A stretch of DNA of 64,000 bases, taken from contig CBDCXL010000002.1 in NCBI GenBank assembly GCA_965223795.1, positions 64,001-128,000 on the forward strand. The letters run 5' to 3'. This stretch comes from Nitrospinales bacterium (lineage in GTDB: Bacteria > Nitrospinota > Nitrospinia > Nitrospinales > VA-1). Positions 19,401 through 28,526 of the stretch are shown here, in pieces. The notes beneath the pieces are model-generated. The model saw only the letters and a program-made list of their open reading frames with translations, ran no database searches and had not been told where the DNA came from. Position 1 is the stretch's first letter. Every line of letters starts with the position of its first letter. The position numbers were made by a program, and so were the translations under genes.

Positions 19401-21385
19401 TTGCCGGGATGCGGAGATTTGTATTTCGGCCATTTGACGATGGTTTCCCTTTCCGAGAGAGCGGTGGTGCCTTTCCAGCCGTAATCCCAGACGGAACCGT
19501 CGTAGGCGAGGATCTGGCCTTTCAGGTCGTCGGTGTGGCCGGGCTTGCCCTGAGGCGGCAGCATGTACTTCACCCAGTCCTTGACGTTGACGACCGGCGC
19601 TTTCTGGGTCCAGTCGCTGTTGCCTTTGCCGACGATCTTGAACTTCTTGCCGAACCAGTCCATCGTCTTGCCGACCAGCTTGTCGGAACTCACGCCTTTG
19701 GGAATGCGTCCCTTACGATCGGGAAGCTCCTGCAGCGGACGCATGACGTCGGTGCTGCCGAACGGGTAGTTGCCGTCCTGAATCGTGTTGTACACACGCC
19801 AGTAGCCCCACATGCCGGCGACGTAGTGATGCGCGACGTGGCAGTGGAACAGAAAGTCGCCCGCCAGACGCTGGCACAGGCCGGAACCGCACTCGGTCTC
19901 AAGGTCCAGCGCTTCGGAAGGACCGATGACTTCCACGTCGACGCGGTCGGTGGTCGTGCGCACGACCGGGTACTTGACCGGACCGTTCCATGCGGCCGTG
20001 GTCAGGTTTTCCAGACCGGGCTCGCGCTTGGGTGAACGGGTCCAGCGGATCGTGCCGCCATGCGGATGGTGCGAGTGGAACACTTCGCCGCCGCCGTGGA
20101 TCAGGCGGAACTTCGCCGGATCGCCCAGGTAGGACCGGGGGATCGTGGTCGGCGCATCGCCGAAGGTGTAGGAACTGTAAGACAGGGATTCGTCTTCAAA
20201 ATGGAATTTCTTTTCCTGTACTGCAAGGTTGTTGATGCCGAACGGCTCACTGCGGTAGTTCATCGCGCGGGCAGAAGGACGGTACGCGTCGGTCTGCGGA
20301 TCGCGCTGCGGAATCATCTCGCCGTGACGGTTCAGCGGACGGAAAGACTCGTCACCCACTTCATGATAGAACAGGGCGAACTCGCGGAAGTCTTTCGCTT
20401 CGTCGTTGACGATCATCGCCATCCAGCCGGATTCCAGCGGACCGCCGGTCCACGGATCCAGATACCTGGAACCTTTGGGCTCGACGATGAACGCGCCGAT
20501 CAGACCCAGCGAGGAAGGATCGCGGCCGGCATGACTCTGGATCATGTGGCTGCCTTCCTGCTCGTCGATGGGAATGAACCACTCGAAATCCTGCGTTTCG
20601 CCGGACGGGATGATCGCACCGGGAGACGCGGCCGTCGCCGGAGCGCCGGTGGAGCTGATGATCATGGCGGAACCGTTGACCTGAAAACCGATGTCTTCGT
20701 CCTCGACCTCGTTGCGGACCTTGAAGCGCACGCAGTCGCCCTGGTTGCCGCGGATGGTCAGAGGCTGAATCACATCGCCCTGAAGACCATTGGTGAGAGA
20801 ACCGGGATCGAGTTCGTCTTCACGCGCTTCGGCGTTTCTTTCTTCATCTTTACGAACCTGATCGACGTTCTTGGTGAGCACGTACATGTAGCCGGGATAA
20901 TAGTCGCCCCACTGATTCAACGTGATCTCGACGTTGATCGCCGTGATGTCGTAAGTCTTGACCGGCGCGGAGCTGGGGCAGTGCGCCCCTTTGTACACTT
21001 TATCCGCGGCTTCGGAAGGTCCCAGCAGATAGCTCTGGCCGAGCTGATGCGCCGCCCAGGAATCGTGGAAACCGCCGCCCGCGGATGCCGGAGCGGCGTG
21101 CTCCTTCAGTTTGCCCTGGAGCTTGTCCATCAACCGCATGAACGTGTTGTTCATCTGCTCCTGGCGGTTGTCCATGCCGCTCATCATTTCCTCGGTGTTG
21201 ACCTGCTCTTCCAGCTTCTTGAGCCAGGCCGGCTGGTCTACCGCGGAGTTGATGCTTGCGGGTTTAGCGTGCATGGAATGATCCATCTTCATTTGCGCGC
21301 CTGCGGGAAGCCCCCATCCCAGCACCAGAAAGGCCGCCGCGAGCGCATACCCAATTATCCACCTCTTTTTGACATGAAACTGCAT
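16442..21385 (-). CDS. Large secreted multicopper oxidase, MnxG-like (copy 2, 1647 aa)
   Basis: Same Cu motifs as copy 1; ATG at 21385 after GGAGG gives the signal peptide MQFHVKKRWII... Confidence 0.85.
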   Translation of the reverse strand: MQFHVKKRWIIGYALAAAFLVLGWGLPAGAQMKMDHSMHAKPASINSAVDQPAWLKKLEEQVNTEEMMSGMDNRQEQMNNTFMRLMDKLQGKLKEHAAPASAGGGFHDSWAAHQLGQSYLLGPSEAADKVYKGAHCPSSAPVKTYDITAINVEITLNQWGDYYPGYMYVLTKNVDQVRKDEERNAEAREDELDPGSLTNGLQGDVIQPLTIRGNQGDCVRFKVRNEVEDEDIGFQVNGSAMIISSTGAPATAASPGAIIPSGETQDFEWFIPIDEQEGSHMIQSHAGRDPSSLGLIGAFIVEPKGSRYLDPWTGGPLESGWMAMIVNDEAKDFREFALFYHEVGDESFRPLNRHGEMIPQRDPQTDAYRPSARAMNYRSEPFGINNLAVQEKKFHFEDESLSYSSYTFGDAPTTIPRSYLGDPAKFRLIHGGGEVFHSHHPHGGTIRWTRSPKREPGLENLTTAAWNGPVKYPVVRTTTDRVDVEVIGPSEALDLETECGSGLCQRLAGDFLFHCHVAHHYVAGMWGYWRVYNTIQDGNYPFGSTDVMRPLQELPDRKGRIPKGVSSDKLVGKTMDWFGKKFKIVGKGNSDWTQKAPVVNVKDWVKYMLPPQGKPGHTDDLKGQILAYDGSVWDYGWKGTTALSERETIVKWPKYKSPHPGKRHPIQFSPLTGKLAWPHMTPHFGKRVPFARHHGGAPWLEPFHLKPDDEILASESGSGLTGPNVESSAPAKPGEHGRWSLCPRGAGRKQYNLHFINTPIQLSDAIGKTPPVIDKYGLIYVIDEDMAAVKADPKIAYPLVIRANVYDCVDVLLTSEWNDDDFTNFQMSKVNIHPHFFQFDNQASDGVISGFSYDQSMRSYRQFTKKMKDGHHVGMPVPMNAKLLKDTKPGDTVVEIEMAKGATPFHVGADIIVGIEVPNGKDARWIKSISPDPNKAFAKDGKYKITFSEAMKHAHKKGEIVTTEYVRYRWWVDADVGLVFWHDHAFGATTWPHGGIGSTIVEPWGSTYHDPKTGKEIRSGPVADIHGTEPFAYGRNGSFRELVAQLHDTVPHTAQLVSEGNPPGLSRKNAIAAGQSISFQMPDDMLEVAFPFLNGGTHTTGGGFNFRASSLKARLNNNKDASKLFSSKVHGEPSTPMLRAYVGDSVVFRLLHGMQNETHTFVVSGHGYRPERYDRDSRVTNTIHIGIAERYDLATTAGGYQGMAGDYLYYNGRTSKFSEGSWGIIRVHDKLQKDLKELPGNEEAEFKKKVRKEVCPKGAPVKNFSVVAINKALKFNPNAEDEIEVDFERKLLLANANAKIFALEGEVSKAADDDVMPHPLTIRANIGDCVKIKLTNRLKEGNASLHANNVAFDPMDSQGINVGNNPGDQTVAPGKSKTYTYYAHPDYGLNGALLWDFGNLTTNVRDGMYGAIIIGPRGSVYRDPETGKDISLGNSWKADVIVDKSYPGNEHLENYRDFALYFQDEDNILGTSFMPYLQNVAGLTGVNYRLEPWTYREDEGCELGNIFTPCVAADSDPATPVLKAHAGDRVMINVFGAHNEQNQMFNLDGHQWRRHIMQEGSDMIDVEEFGGGEYIQAFFTAGGTYRNPGTYLWLNARTPYQQAGQWGYFKVLPQGEQSILPLGQGAAKPNKAASTEPVGDDRLSMNK

Positions 21386-21614
21386 TTCATATCCTCCCAT
21401 TGATAACACACATAAAATGCATGCGGTTCGCACGCCGTTCCCTTGGAAAATAGGGGCGGTTTGCGAACCTCTCTTTTTTTCCGCGCAGCCTCCCAACTGG
21501 CGGTACGACTTTTTATTTAAAGGATTTGGCTTCGAAAGATCCTTGAATTTCGAGTTTTGGATTGAAAAAGCGGGATTTTAACCTCAAATAAAAGACCGAG
21601 AACTCTACCACACA

Positions 21615-22985
21615 TTAATTTTCCTGTACAAGTGCCAAATGGAACTTTTTTTCATCCCGCTTCAACAGCAAGAAAACCGGTCCTCCCCTGGGAATTTTGT
21701 GGACGATATTCTCATAATGCTTGCGGCTGGTGACGACTTCCCCGTTCACGGACAGGATTCGGTCCCCCGATTGCAGCCCCTTGGCTTCGGCGGAACTGCC
21801 GGGGAGCACCCGGCTGATGCCGAGCCCCTCCAGGTTTTCATCGAGCTCGTCCGCCGCATCCATCACTTCGATGCCCAGAACATGGGTCGCTTCTCCGGCT
21901 TCCTTATTAAAGGAAGCGCGTGCGTGGATTTCCTTTTTCTGCTGTTCCAGCTTGACCGGGATCATCTGCGACTGTCCGTCGCGCAGGATGTCCAGGTGGA
22001 CCGTCTGGCCGGGAGAAATCACGCCGATGATGCGGATCATGCGAGCCGGCGAGTTGACCGGCACGCCGCCGATGCGCAGGATGACGTCGCCCACCTTGAG
22101 CCCCGCCTTATGGGCGGGATCGCCTTCGAACACGGCGTTGACCATCACCCCCTCGCCTTCCTTGAGCAGTTCCCAGTCGTGGATCATTTCCGGAGTCACA
22201 GGCTCGATGCCCACGCCCAGCCAGCCGCGCCGCACTTCCCCGAACTCGCGCAATTGTGAGACGACGCGCTGCACCATGTTGGAGGGAATCGCGAAACCGA
22301 TGCTCTGGGCGTAATTGATGATGGCGGTGTTGATGCCGATGACTTCTCCGTCCAGGGTTATCAGCGGGCCGCCGGAGTTTCCGGGATTGATCGAGGCATC
22401 GGTCTGGATGAAATCCTCGTAGCGGGACAGGTTGATGTTTTCCCGGTTGAGGCCGCTGATGATGCCGAAGGTCATGGTGTCGTTCAAACCGTAGGGATTG
22501 CCGACGGCTACCACCATCTGGCCCACTCTGGCCTGGGTCGAATCGGCGAATTTCACCTCAGGCATGGGAATTTCAATTTCAACGCGAACCAGCGCCAGAT
22601 CGGTGTCTTCGTCGGTGCCCAGCACGTCGCCGATTTTTTCCTTTCCTCCGAAGAAGGTGACCTGCACTTTATCGGAATTCCGGACGACATGGCTGTTGGT
22701 GACGATCAGCCCTTTAACGCCGTCGATGATGACTCCCGCTCCGGCGTTGGAGGGCCGTCCGCGCAGTCCTCTGGAGGGCTGCACGACCTGGGAAGGCGGC
22801 ACGTACGGAGAGATGCTGACCACGGCGGGTCTCACCCTGTCCGCCAGGGTAATGAGAGCGGACTGCATTTCCCGGAGCAGGGTCAGGCCTTTGGATTCGG
22901 CGTGGGCCGTGCCTGCCAGCAACACAAAATAAAGAATGAAACCGAGGATCGGGGTGCGAAGTCTGAATCGGGCTGGAGCGTTCAT
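21615..22985 (-). CDS. HtrA/DegP-family serine protease with two PDZ domains
   Basis: VTNSHVV, DTDLAL, IQTDASINPGNSGGPL catalytic triad; two PDZ-like repeats. Confidence 0.92.
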   Translation of the reverse strand: MNAPARFRLRTPILGFILYFVLLAGTAHAESKGLTLLREMQSALITLADRVRPAVVSISPYVPPSQVVQPSRGLRGRPSNAGAGVIIDGVKGLIVTNSHVVRNSDKVQVTFFGGKEKIGDVLGTDEDTDLALVRVEIEIPMPEVKFADSTQARVGQMVVAVGNPYGLNDTMTFGIISGLNRENINLSRYEDFIQTDASINPGNSGGPLITLDGEVIGINTAIINYAQSIGFAIPSNMVQRVVSQLREFGEVRRGWLGVGIEPVTPEMIHDWELLKEGEGVMVNAVFEGDPAHKAGLKVGDVILRIGGVPVNSPARMIRIIGVISPGQTVHLDILRDGQSQMIPVKLEQQKKEIHARASFNKEAGEATHVLGIEVMDAADELDENLEGLGISRVLPGSSAEAKGLQSGDRILSVNGEVVTSRKHYENIVHKIPRGGPVFLLLKRDEKKFHLALVQEN

Positions 22986-23427
22986 GTTATCATGGACCGG
23001 CGTATGGAGTTGACCTATCCGGGAAACAAGAGGGGATTGGGGCTGTTTTCCCGAATGTGGAACTTTCGGACAACGGTGAAACGGCTGCTTTATTTTTTTT
23101 CCTGCGACGGATGTCTGGGAAAACCCTGCTGAATTTTAATTTCAAGGAGTTTTGAGAGTCTATTTTTTACTCATTCTGAGCGTGTTGTCAAGATAAGAAA
23201 AGGCGGAAACGTCCTCCCCGGCGCGCAACCTTTCGACGGGCTGCTTCAGCCACCGCGAAATGGCTTTCAAACCCTTGAAACCTAATGGCCCCCCGCTGAC
23301 CGGGAAAGGGCTGGACCGCAGCGTATCGGGTCCCGTCTTTGGAGAGCGGGCCGCGGTTTGCGAGCCGGTATCGCCGCGGGGATGAGGTTCCGCATTTTTA
23401 ACCCATTTAAAGGAAGAACTTGCAGCG

Positions 23428-24120
23428 ATGGAGCGGATGGAGCGGTTTGAAACGAAGACGGCGGAAGAAATTCTTTCCTGGACGGTGGAGCGTTTTGGTT
23501 TGAAGGCGGGGCTGGCTTCCAGCTTCGGCATGGAGGACATGGTCCTCATCGACATGCTGCACAAACTGGGCGGCGGATTGACCGTGTTCACACTGGACAC
23601 CGGCCGGCTGCACGAAGAGACCTACCGGACGATGGAGACCGTGCGCAGCCGCTACGGCATCGCGGTCCGCACCTACTTTCCGCAGCAGGAGGCGGTGGAA
23701 AAGCTGGTGCGCGAGAAGGGGTTTTTCTCATTCAAGGAAAGCGTGGACAACCGCAAGGAATGCTGCTTCATCCGCAAGGTGGAACCGCTCAACCGGGCGC
23801 TCGGTGAGCTCGAAGCCTGGGTGACCGGCCTGAGGCGGGACCAGAACGTGACCCGCACGGACACGCCCAAAGTGGCGGACGATGCGGACCACCCTCCCCT
23901 GCTCAAGATCAACCCGATCGCGGACTGGACGCAGCAGCAGGTGGAGCGCTATATCGCCGAGCACAAGGTGCCCGTCAACCCGCTGCACGCGCAGAATTAT
24001 CCCAGCATCGGCTGCGCCCCCTGCACCCGTCCCATCGAGCCGGGTGAGGATCTGCGCGCGGGGCGCTGGTGGTGGGAAAACCCCGAACACAAGGAATGCG
24101 GCCTGCACCGGCCACGGTGA
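23428..24120 (+). CDS. cysH: (Phospho)adenylyl-sulfate reductase, 4Fe-4S APS-reductase type
   Basis: LDTGRL, ECCFIRKVEPL, TGLRRDQ, SIGCAPCT, GRWWWE, KECGLH. Confidence 0.93.
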   Translation: MERMERFETKTAEEILSWTVERFGLKAGLASSFGMEDMVLIDMLHKLGGGLTVFTLDTGRLHEETYRTMETVRSRYGIAVRTYFPQQEAVEKLVREKGFFSFKESVDNRKECCFIRKVEPLNRALGELEAWVTGLRRDQNVTRTDTPKVADDADHPPLLKINPIADWTQQQVERYIAEHKVPVNPLHAQNYPSIGCAPCTRPIEPGEDLRAGRWWWENPEHKECGLHRPR

Positions 24121-24143
24121 GCCGGTCTCGCGGTTTTACAAAC

Positions 24144-24857
24144 TCAGGCGCGGTTTTCTTCAGGGACCGGTTCGGTGCGTGCGCCGGACGCGATGCGTTC
24201 CCCGTCTGCGAGGACCGACGCCAGGAAGGGCGCGAGCCAGGAAGCCACCTGTCCCGCCTTTTGCAGCAGGTTACCCTGCAAACTGTCTTTTCCCGCACTC
24301 AGCTTTTCAGTCAGCCAGCGGTCGGCTTCGATGCAGCAAAGCGGCAGCAGTTGAAACGCCAGGCCCGCGACCGCGGCCATCTCACCGAATGCGGTGCGCC
24401 ATCCACCGCCTGCGGGCGGGGTCTCGACGGGCATCCAGGTTTGCGGATGCGTCGTGTGGATGAACAGCCAGGAGAGCAGGAACATGAAGAGCAGCCGGCT
24501 GGTGTTCATCGCTCCGGCTTCCAGGCCTTCCAAGGTCAGGGTCAACGGCAGCCACTCCAGCGCCGGCACCGGTGTTCCGGACGCGAACAGGACGGGAAAC
24601 ATCCCGGCGATCAGCACGAACCAGACTACCGGCCGCATCGCCTTGAGCAGACTGAAAAACGGGATGCGCGCCAGAATCACACCGGCCCCTGCCGCCAGGG
24701 CGAGCACGGCGATGCCGGTCCAGCCTCCCCAAACCGCACCCGCAGCCAGAAGCAAGGCCAGACCGATTTTCAAGCGTACGGGCATCCGGTGCAGCCCGCT
24801 GCTTCCCGCTGTGTAGCCGTGGCTGAAAATCAGGCGCGATACATTTTTATCCTGCAC
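24144..24857 (-). CDS. Divergent EcfT/CbiQ-like ECF-transporter transmembrane component
   Basis: N-terminal SGLHRMPVRLKI, multiple TM helices, TLEGLEAG...TTHP pattern. Confidence 0.6.
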   Translation of the reverse strand: MQDKNVSRLIFSHGYTAGSSGLHRMPVRLKIGLALLLAAGAVWGGWTGIAVLALAAGAGVILARIPFFSLLKAMRPVVWFVLIAGMFPVLFASGTPVPALEWLPLTLTLEGLEAGAMNTSRLLFMFLLSWLFIHTTHPQTWMPVETPPAGGGWRTAFGEMAAVAGLAFQLLPLCCIEADRWLTEKLSAGKDSLQGNLLQKAGQVASWLAPFLASVLADGERIASGARTEPVPEENRA

Positions 24858-24958
24858 GGCGGTTCTCCCATATCTCTAAGGGGACGGATTCGCGTCCGGC
24901 TTGATCGCCCGGTCAATTTGTGGAATCATACCGGTCAATTCAATTTCCCCGCGACGCC

Positions 24959-25615
24959 ATGCCATCCCATCCCAACATCATAGACGAAACGCGCCGCCAC
25001 GTCGAATCGCGGCTGGAGGGCGACGGTTCCGGCCACGACTGGTGGCACTGTTACCGTGTCTGGCAACTGGCCCGCACGATCGCCGACGCGGAAGGGGCGG
25101 ACCGGACGGTGGTCGAACTGGGCGCGCTGCTGCACGACATCGCCGACTGGAAATTTCACGGCGGCGACGAGTCGGCGGGCCCGCGCGAAGCGAGGGCGTT
25201 TCTGGAACAGCACGCTGCGGAACCGGACACGGTCGATTCGGTGTGCGAGATCATCGCGACGGTGTCGTACAAGGGCGCGGGCGTGCCGACGCCGATGCGA
25301 ACGCTGGAGGGCCAGGTGGTGCAGGACGCGGACCGGCTGGACGCCATCGGCGCGATGGGCATCGCGCGGGCGTTCGCCTACGGCGGCAACAGGGACCGGC
25401 TGATGTACCATCCGGACGAGCCGCCTGTGATGCACCAGAGTTTCGAGGAATACAAGAAGAACAAGGGGCACACGATCAATCATTTTTACGAGAAGCTGCT
25501 GCTGCTCAAAGACCGGATGAACACCGCCACCGGCCGCTCGCTGGCGGAATCGCGGCACCGCTTCATGGAAGCCTATCTGCAACAGTTTTTCGAGGAATGG
25601 GATGGAAAACGCTGA
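24959..25615 (+). CDS. HD-domain phosphohydrolase (YedJ-like)
   Basis: GHDWWH..RV, ALLHDIAD, VQDADRLDAIGA, HFYEKLLLL. Confidence 0.9.
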   Translation: MPSHPNIIDETRRHVESRLEGDGSGHDWWHCYRVWQLARTIADAEGADRTVVELGALLHDIADWKFHGGDESAGPREARAFLEQHAAEPDTVDSVCEIIATVSYKGAGVPTPMRTLEGQVVQDADRLDAIGAMGIARAFAYGGNRDRLMYHPDEPPVMHQSFEEYKKNKGHTINHFYEKLLLLKDRMNTATGRSLAESRHRFMEAYLQQFFEEWDGKR

Positions 25616-26429
25616 ACGCATCGACGCCTGCGCCGCGCTTTTGCGCGAAGGCGGGAGGCTTCTGATATTGACCAGCGCCGGAATGAGCGCCGACTCGAAC
25701 ATTCCCACGTTCCGCGACAAGGACGGCTACTGGCGCAATTTCCCGCCGTTTCGGGAAAAGAACCTGGAAGCGCAGGACCTCGCCAGCCCGTGGGCTTTCC
25801 GCAACGAGCTTCCGCATGCCTGGGCCTTTTACGAATGGCGGCGGCGCAACGCGGACGAAAACACGCCGCACGCGGGTTACGCGATCCTCAACACCTGGAT
25901 GGATGAAAACTTTGACGAGGGGTTCATCCACACCACCAACACGGACGGCTACCACCTGCGCTCGGGCAGCCCGGCGGACCGTGTGATGGAGGTGCACGGC
26001 TCTATGTGGCGGCTGCAGTGCCTGGATGCGTGCTCGCACCGGTTCTGGGACGAGCCCGCGGTGCCGCTGTGCGACCTGGATCACGACACGATGCGCGCCT
26101 CGGGCTTTCCCAAATGCCGGCACTGCGGTTCGATCGCGCGGCCGCACATCCTCATGTTCGGCGACGGCGAATACGTGGGGCATCCTGAGCAGGAACGCAA
26201 TTTCCAGGACTTCGCCGGACGCAGGATCGACCTGGTGCTTTTAATCGGCAGCTCCGGCTCGGTGCCGACGAACGATTACATCGCCTACCAGCTGCAGCAG
26301 CACGGCGCCAAGGTGATCAACATCAATCCGGACGCGGCGGCGAACTCCATCGTCGGCACGGAGTACTTCCTTCCCATGACCAGCAAGGCGGCGCTGGAGG
26401 CACTCCACCGCGCCGCGTTCGAAACCTGA
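25602..26429 (+). CDS. Sir2-family NAD-dependent deacylase
   Basis: SAGMSADSNIPTFR, TNTDG, EVHGS, Zn-binding Cys pairs, ARPHILMFGD. Confidence 0.85.
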   Translation: MENAERIDACAALLREGGRLLILTSAGMSADSNIPTFRDKDGYWRNFPPFREKNLEAQDLASPWAFRNELPHAWAFYEWRRRNADENTPHAGYAILNTWMDENFDEGFIHTTNTDGYHLRSGSPADRVMEVHGSMWRLQCLDACSHRFWDEPAVPLCDLDHDTMRASGFPKCRHCGSIARPHILMFGDGEYVGHPEQERNFQDFAGRRIDLVLLIGSSGSVPTNDYIAYQLQQHGAKVININPDAAANSIVGTEYFLPMTSKAALEALHRAAFET

Positions 26430-26434
26430 TCACA

Positions 26435-27424
26435 TCACTGCACCAAAACCAGTTTGCCCCAGTGCTCGTGCGCTTCCATCTCGCGGTGCGCGTCGGCGGC
26501 CTGCTGCAGGGGAAACTCCCGGTGCACGGGGATGACGACCTCGCCGGTTTCCACCAGCGGCAGCGCATCCCGCCAGGCGGACTGCAATGCTTCGGGGTCC
26601 GCCAGGTTGCGCAGAATGACGTAGCCGTGGATGCGGACCTGGTTGAACAACAAACCGGACGGGACGGTGAACTCGTTGCCGGCGAGCACGCCGTACAGGA
26701 CGTAGGTGCCGTTGTAGTTCAACAGTTCGATCAGGGCGGTCGCGGTTTCGCCGCAGACGGGATCGAACACGTAGTCGATGCCCTTCTCGCCTGTCATGCG
26801 CACTATTTTTTCCTTGAGCCGCGCGGGATCGGATTCGACGATCACTTCGGCGCCCAGCGCCTGAATGGACTTTTTCTTTTTTTCGGAGCGCGTCACGCCG
26901 ATCGCGCGCAGGTTTTTCCGGCGCGCCAGTTGAATCGCGGCGATGCCGACCGCTCCCGTGCAGGCTGTGACGACGACGGTGCCGGATTCGGGCAGCGGCG
27001 AATGCGTGTGCATCGCATCGCAGGCGGTGAGCAGCGCGATGGGAAGCGCGGCGGCTTCGGGGAAATCGAGGTTTCTGGGAAACCGCAGCAGTTTCCCGCC
27101 CGGCACCTTGATCTTTTCGGCATAGCAGCCCTGCCCCGCTTCCAGGTAAGCGGAGAAATCGCAGACCACCACACGGTCTCCGGGCGCGAGACCGTCGACG
27201 GCGGCGCCGGTTTTTTCAACCACTCCCGCGCCCTCGGCTCCCAGCACGAATCCCCCGCCAAGTTCCACCGGCCATTCTCCACGCCGGATCATCACTTCCG
27301 ACCAGTTGAGCCCGGTGGCTTTGAGATCCACCAGCACGTCGTTGTCTCCCAATGACGGATCGGGCGTTTCCGCTGTCTCGAACACGCCCGGCCCGCCGGT
27401 TCGGCGAACCAAAACTGTTTTCAT
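26435..27424 (-). CDS. MDR-superfamily NADPH:quinone oxidoreductase / alcohol dehydrogenase-like protein
   Basis: GGPGV, LGAEGAGVV, ACTGAVGIAAIQLA, GKLVLV. Confidence 0.9.
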   Translation of the reverse strand: MKTVLVRRTGGPGVFETAETPDPSLGDNDVLVDLKATGLNWSEVMIRRGEWPVELGGGFVLGAEGAGVVEKTGAAVDGLAPGDRVVVCDFSAYLEAGQGCYAEKIKVPGGKLLRFPRNLDFPEAAALPIALLTACDAMHTHSPLPESGTVVVTACTGAVGIAAIQLARRKNLRAIGVTRSEKKKKSIQALGAEVIVESDPARLKEKIVRMTGEKGIDYVFDPVCGETATALIELLNYNGTYVLYGVLAGNEFTVPSGLLFNQVRIHGYVILRNLADPEALQSAWRDALPLVETGEVVIPVHREFPLQQAADAHREMEAHEHWGKLVLVQ

Positions 27425-27616
27425 TTTTCCAGCACGATTTCGGCAGGGCTTTGGAACAGGAGGCCCCTGCCTCTATCCGCGGCCCAATTAATTTTGTATC
27501 CCCCGGAAAATATAGTATTCTGGCTGGAATTCCTAGTTTATTGTCCTTGCACCCTATTCATGAATTCAATCGAGTCTGCTATTTCCGACCGTACGATTAC
27601 CTTTGGAGGAAGTCCA

Positions 27617-28255
27617 ATGCGGGTTGTGATGTTTTGTGTCGCGTTTCTTTTGACCGGATCGTTTTCCGCCTACGCCGCGTGCAGCAAAGAAGAAATCTGC
27701 GCGATGATCGGAAAGCTGAACCACTTTGCCATTCTGGACAAATGCCCCAACGCCGGGCCCCATCTGGCGGACTGTAGAAAAGTATCCAATAAAACCGTAG
27801 AGGAACTTCCTGAACCCAATTTTGTCGACAACGGCGACGGCACCGTGACGGACACGGTGAACAAGCTCTTGTGGCTGAAAAAAGGGATCACGGACAAGAA
27901 ACTCAAGTTCAGGGACGCCAAAGCGGCGGCCAACCTGGCGGAAGAAGCGGGACGCACCGGCTGGCGGCTGCCGACGCTGCCGGAGCTGAAAACCCTGGTC
28001 TATAAAGAACGCGTGGTCAACGCCAGCGGCAAAAAAGCATGGATCAATCCGATGTTCGACGACGGCCTCGGTCATTATTACTGGACCACGACGACCTGCG
28101 CGGAGGTTTCCTACATCGTCGACCGTTACCAGAAAAAGATCTGCCAGGAAGGGGACAACGCGGCCTGGCTGGTGCACTTCAACATCAACGCCGTCTTCTG
28201 GTTCCACACGCACCAGGAAAAACCCTACATCTGGCTGGTGCAGAGCCTGGAATGA
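27617..28255 (+). CDS. Secreted DUF1566 (Lcl-domain) protein
   Basis: FVDNGDGTVTD...LLW, GWRLPTLPEL, YYWTTT, AWLVHF; GGAGG RBS before ATG 27617. Confidence 0.85.
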   Translation: MRVVMFCVAFLLTGSFSAYAACSKEEICAMIGKLNHFAILDKCPNAGPHLADCRKVSNKTVEELPEPNFVDNGDGTVTDTVNKLLWLKKGITDKKLKFRDAKAAANLAEEAGRTGWRLPTLPELKTLVYKERVVNASGKKAWINPMFDDGLGHYYWTTTTCAEVSYIVDRYQKKICQEGDNAAWLVHFNINAVFWFHTHQEKPYIWLVQSLE

Positions 28256-28526
28256 CTCCGGCCCGACGGTTTCCCGCCCGGCTCCGCCGCGCTCACGGGA
28301 GTCCGGATATTCTCAACTTATCACGCAAACCTGGACATTCTGTCGATAGGCTGACCGGGCGTTTCCGGTCCGCGCATGGGCGGTGAACTCCGCTCGGACG
28401 TACGCGTTTCTCCGTCCGTGAAGCCCCTCCGCAAAGAATTTTCGAATCCAAAGGGGATGGAAACCATCATCAATCAGACGCTCTCGCAAGGACGCACGCT
28501 GCCCCCTCAGAAAAGGAACCGCCGCA

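Noticed and set aside
8447..21403. Very long plus-strand ORFs (8447-12109, 12134-13657, 16424-20035, 20060-21403)
   Set aside because: They are antisense shadows of the oxidase genes caused by codon bias, with no recognisable motifs. The same applies to 4691-7039, 40396-42321 and similar ORFs.
23280..23420. Possible riboswitch (glycine, fluoride or SAM) upstream of cysH
   Set aside because: Only fragments match (GGAGAGC, GGATGAGGTTCC). The other conserved core segments of these aptamers are absent. An Rfam search would settle it.
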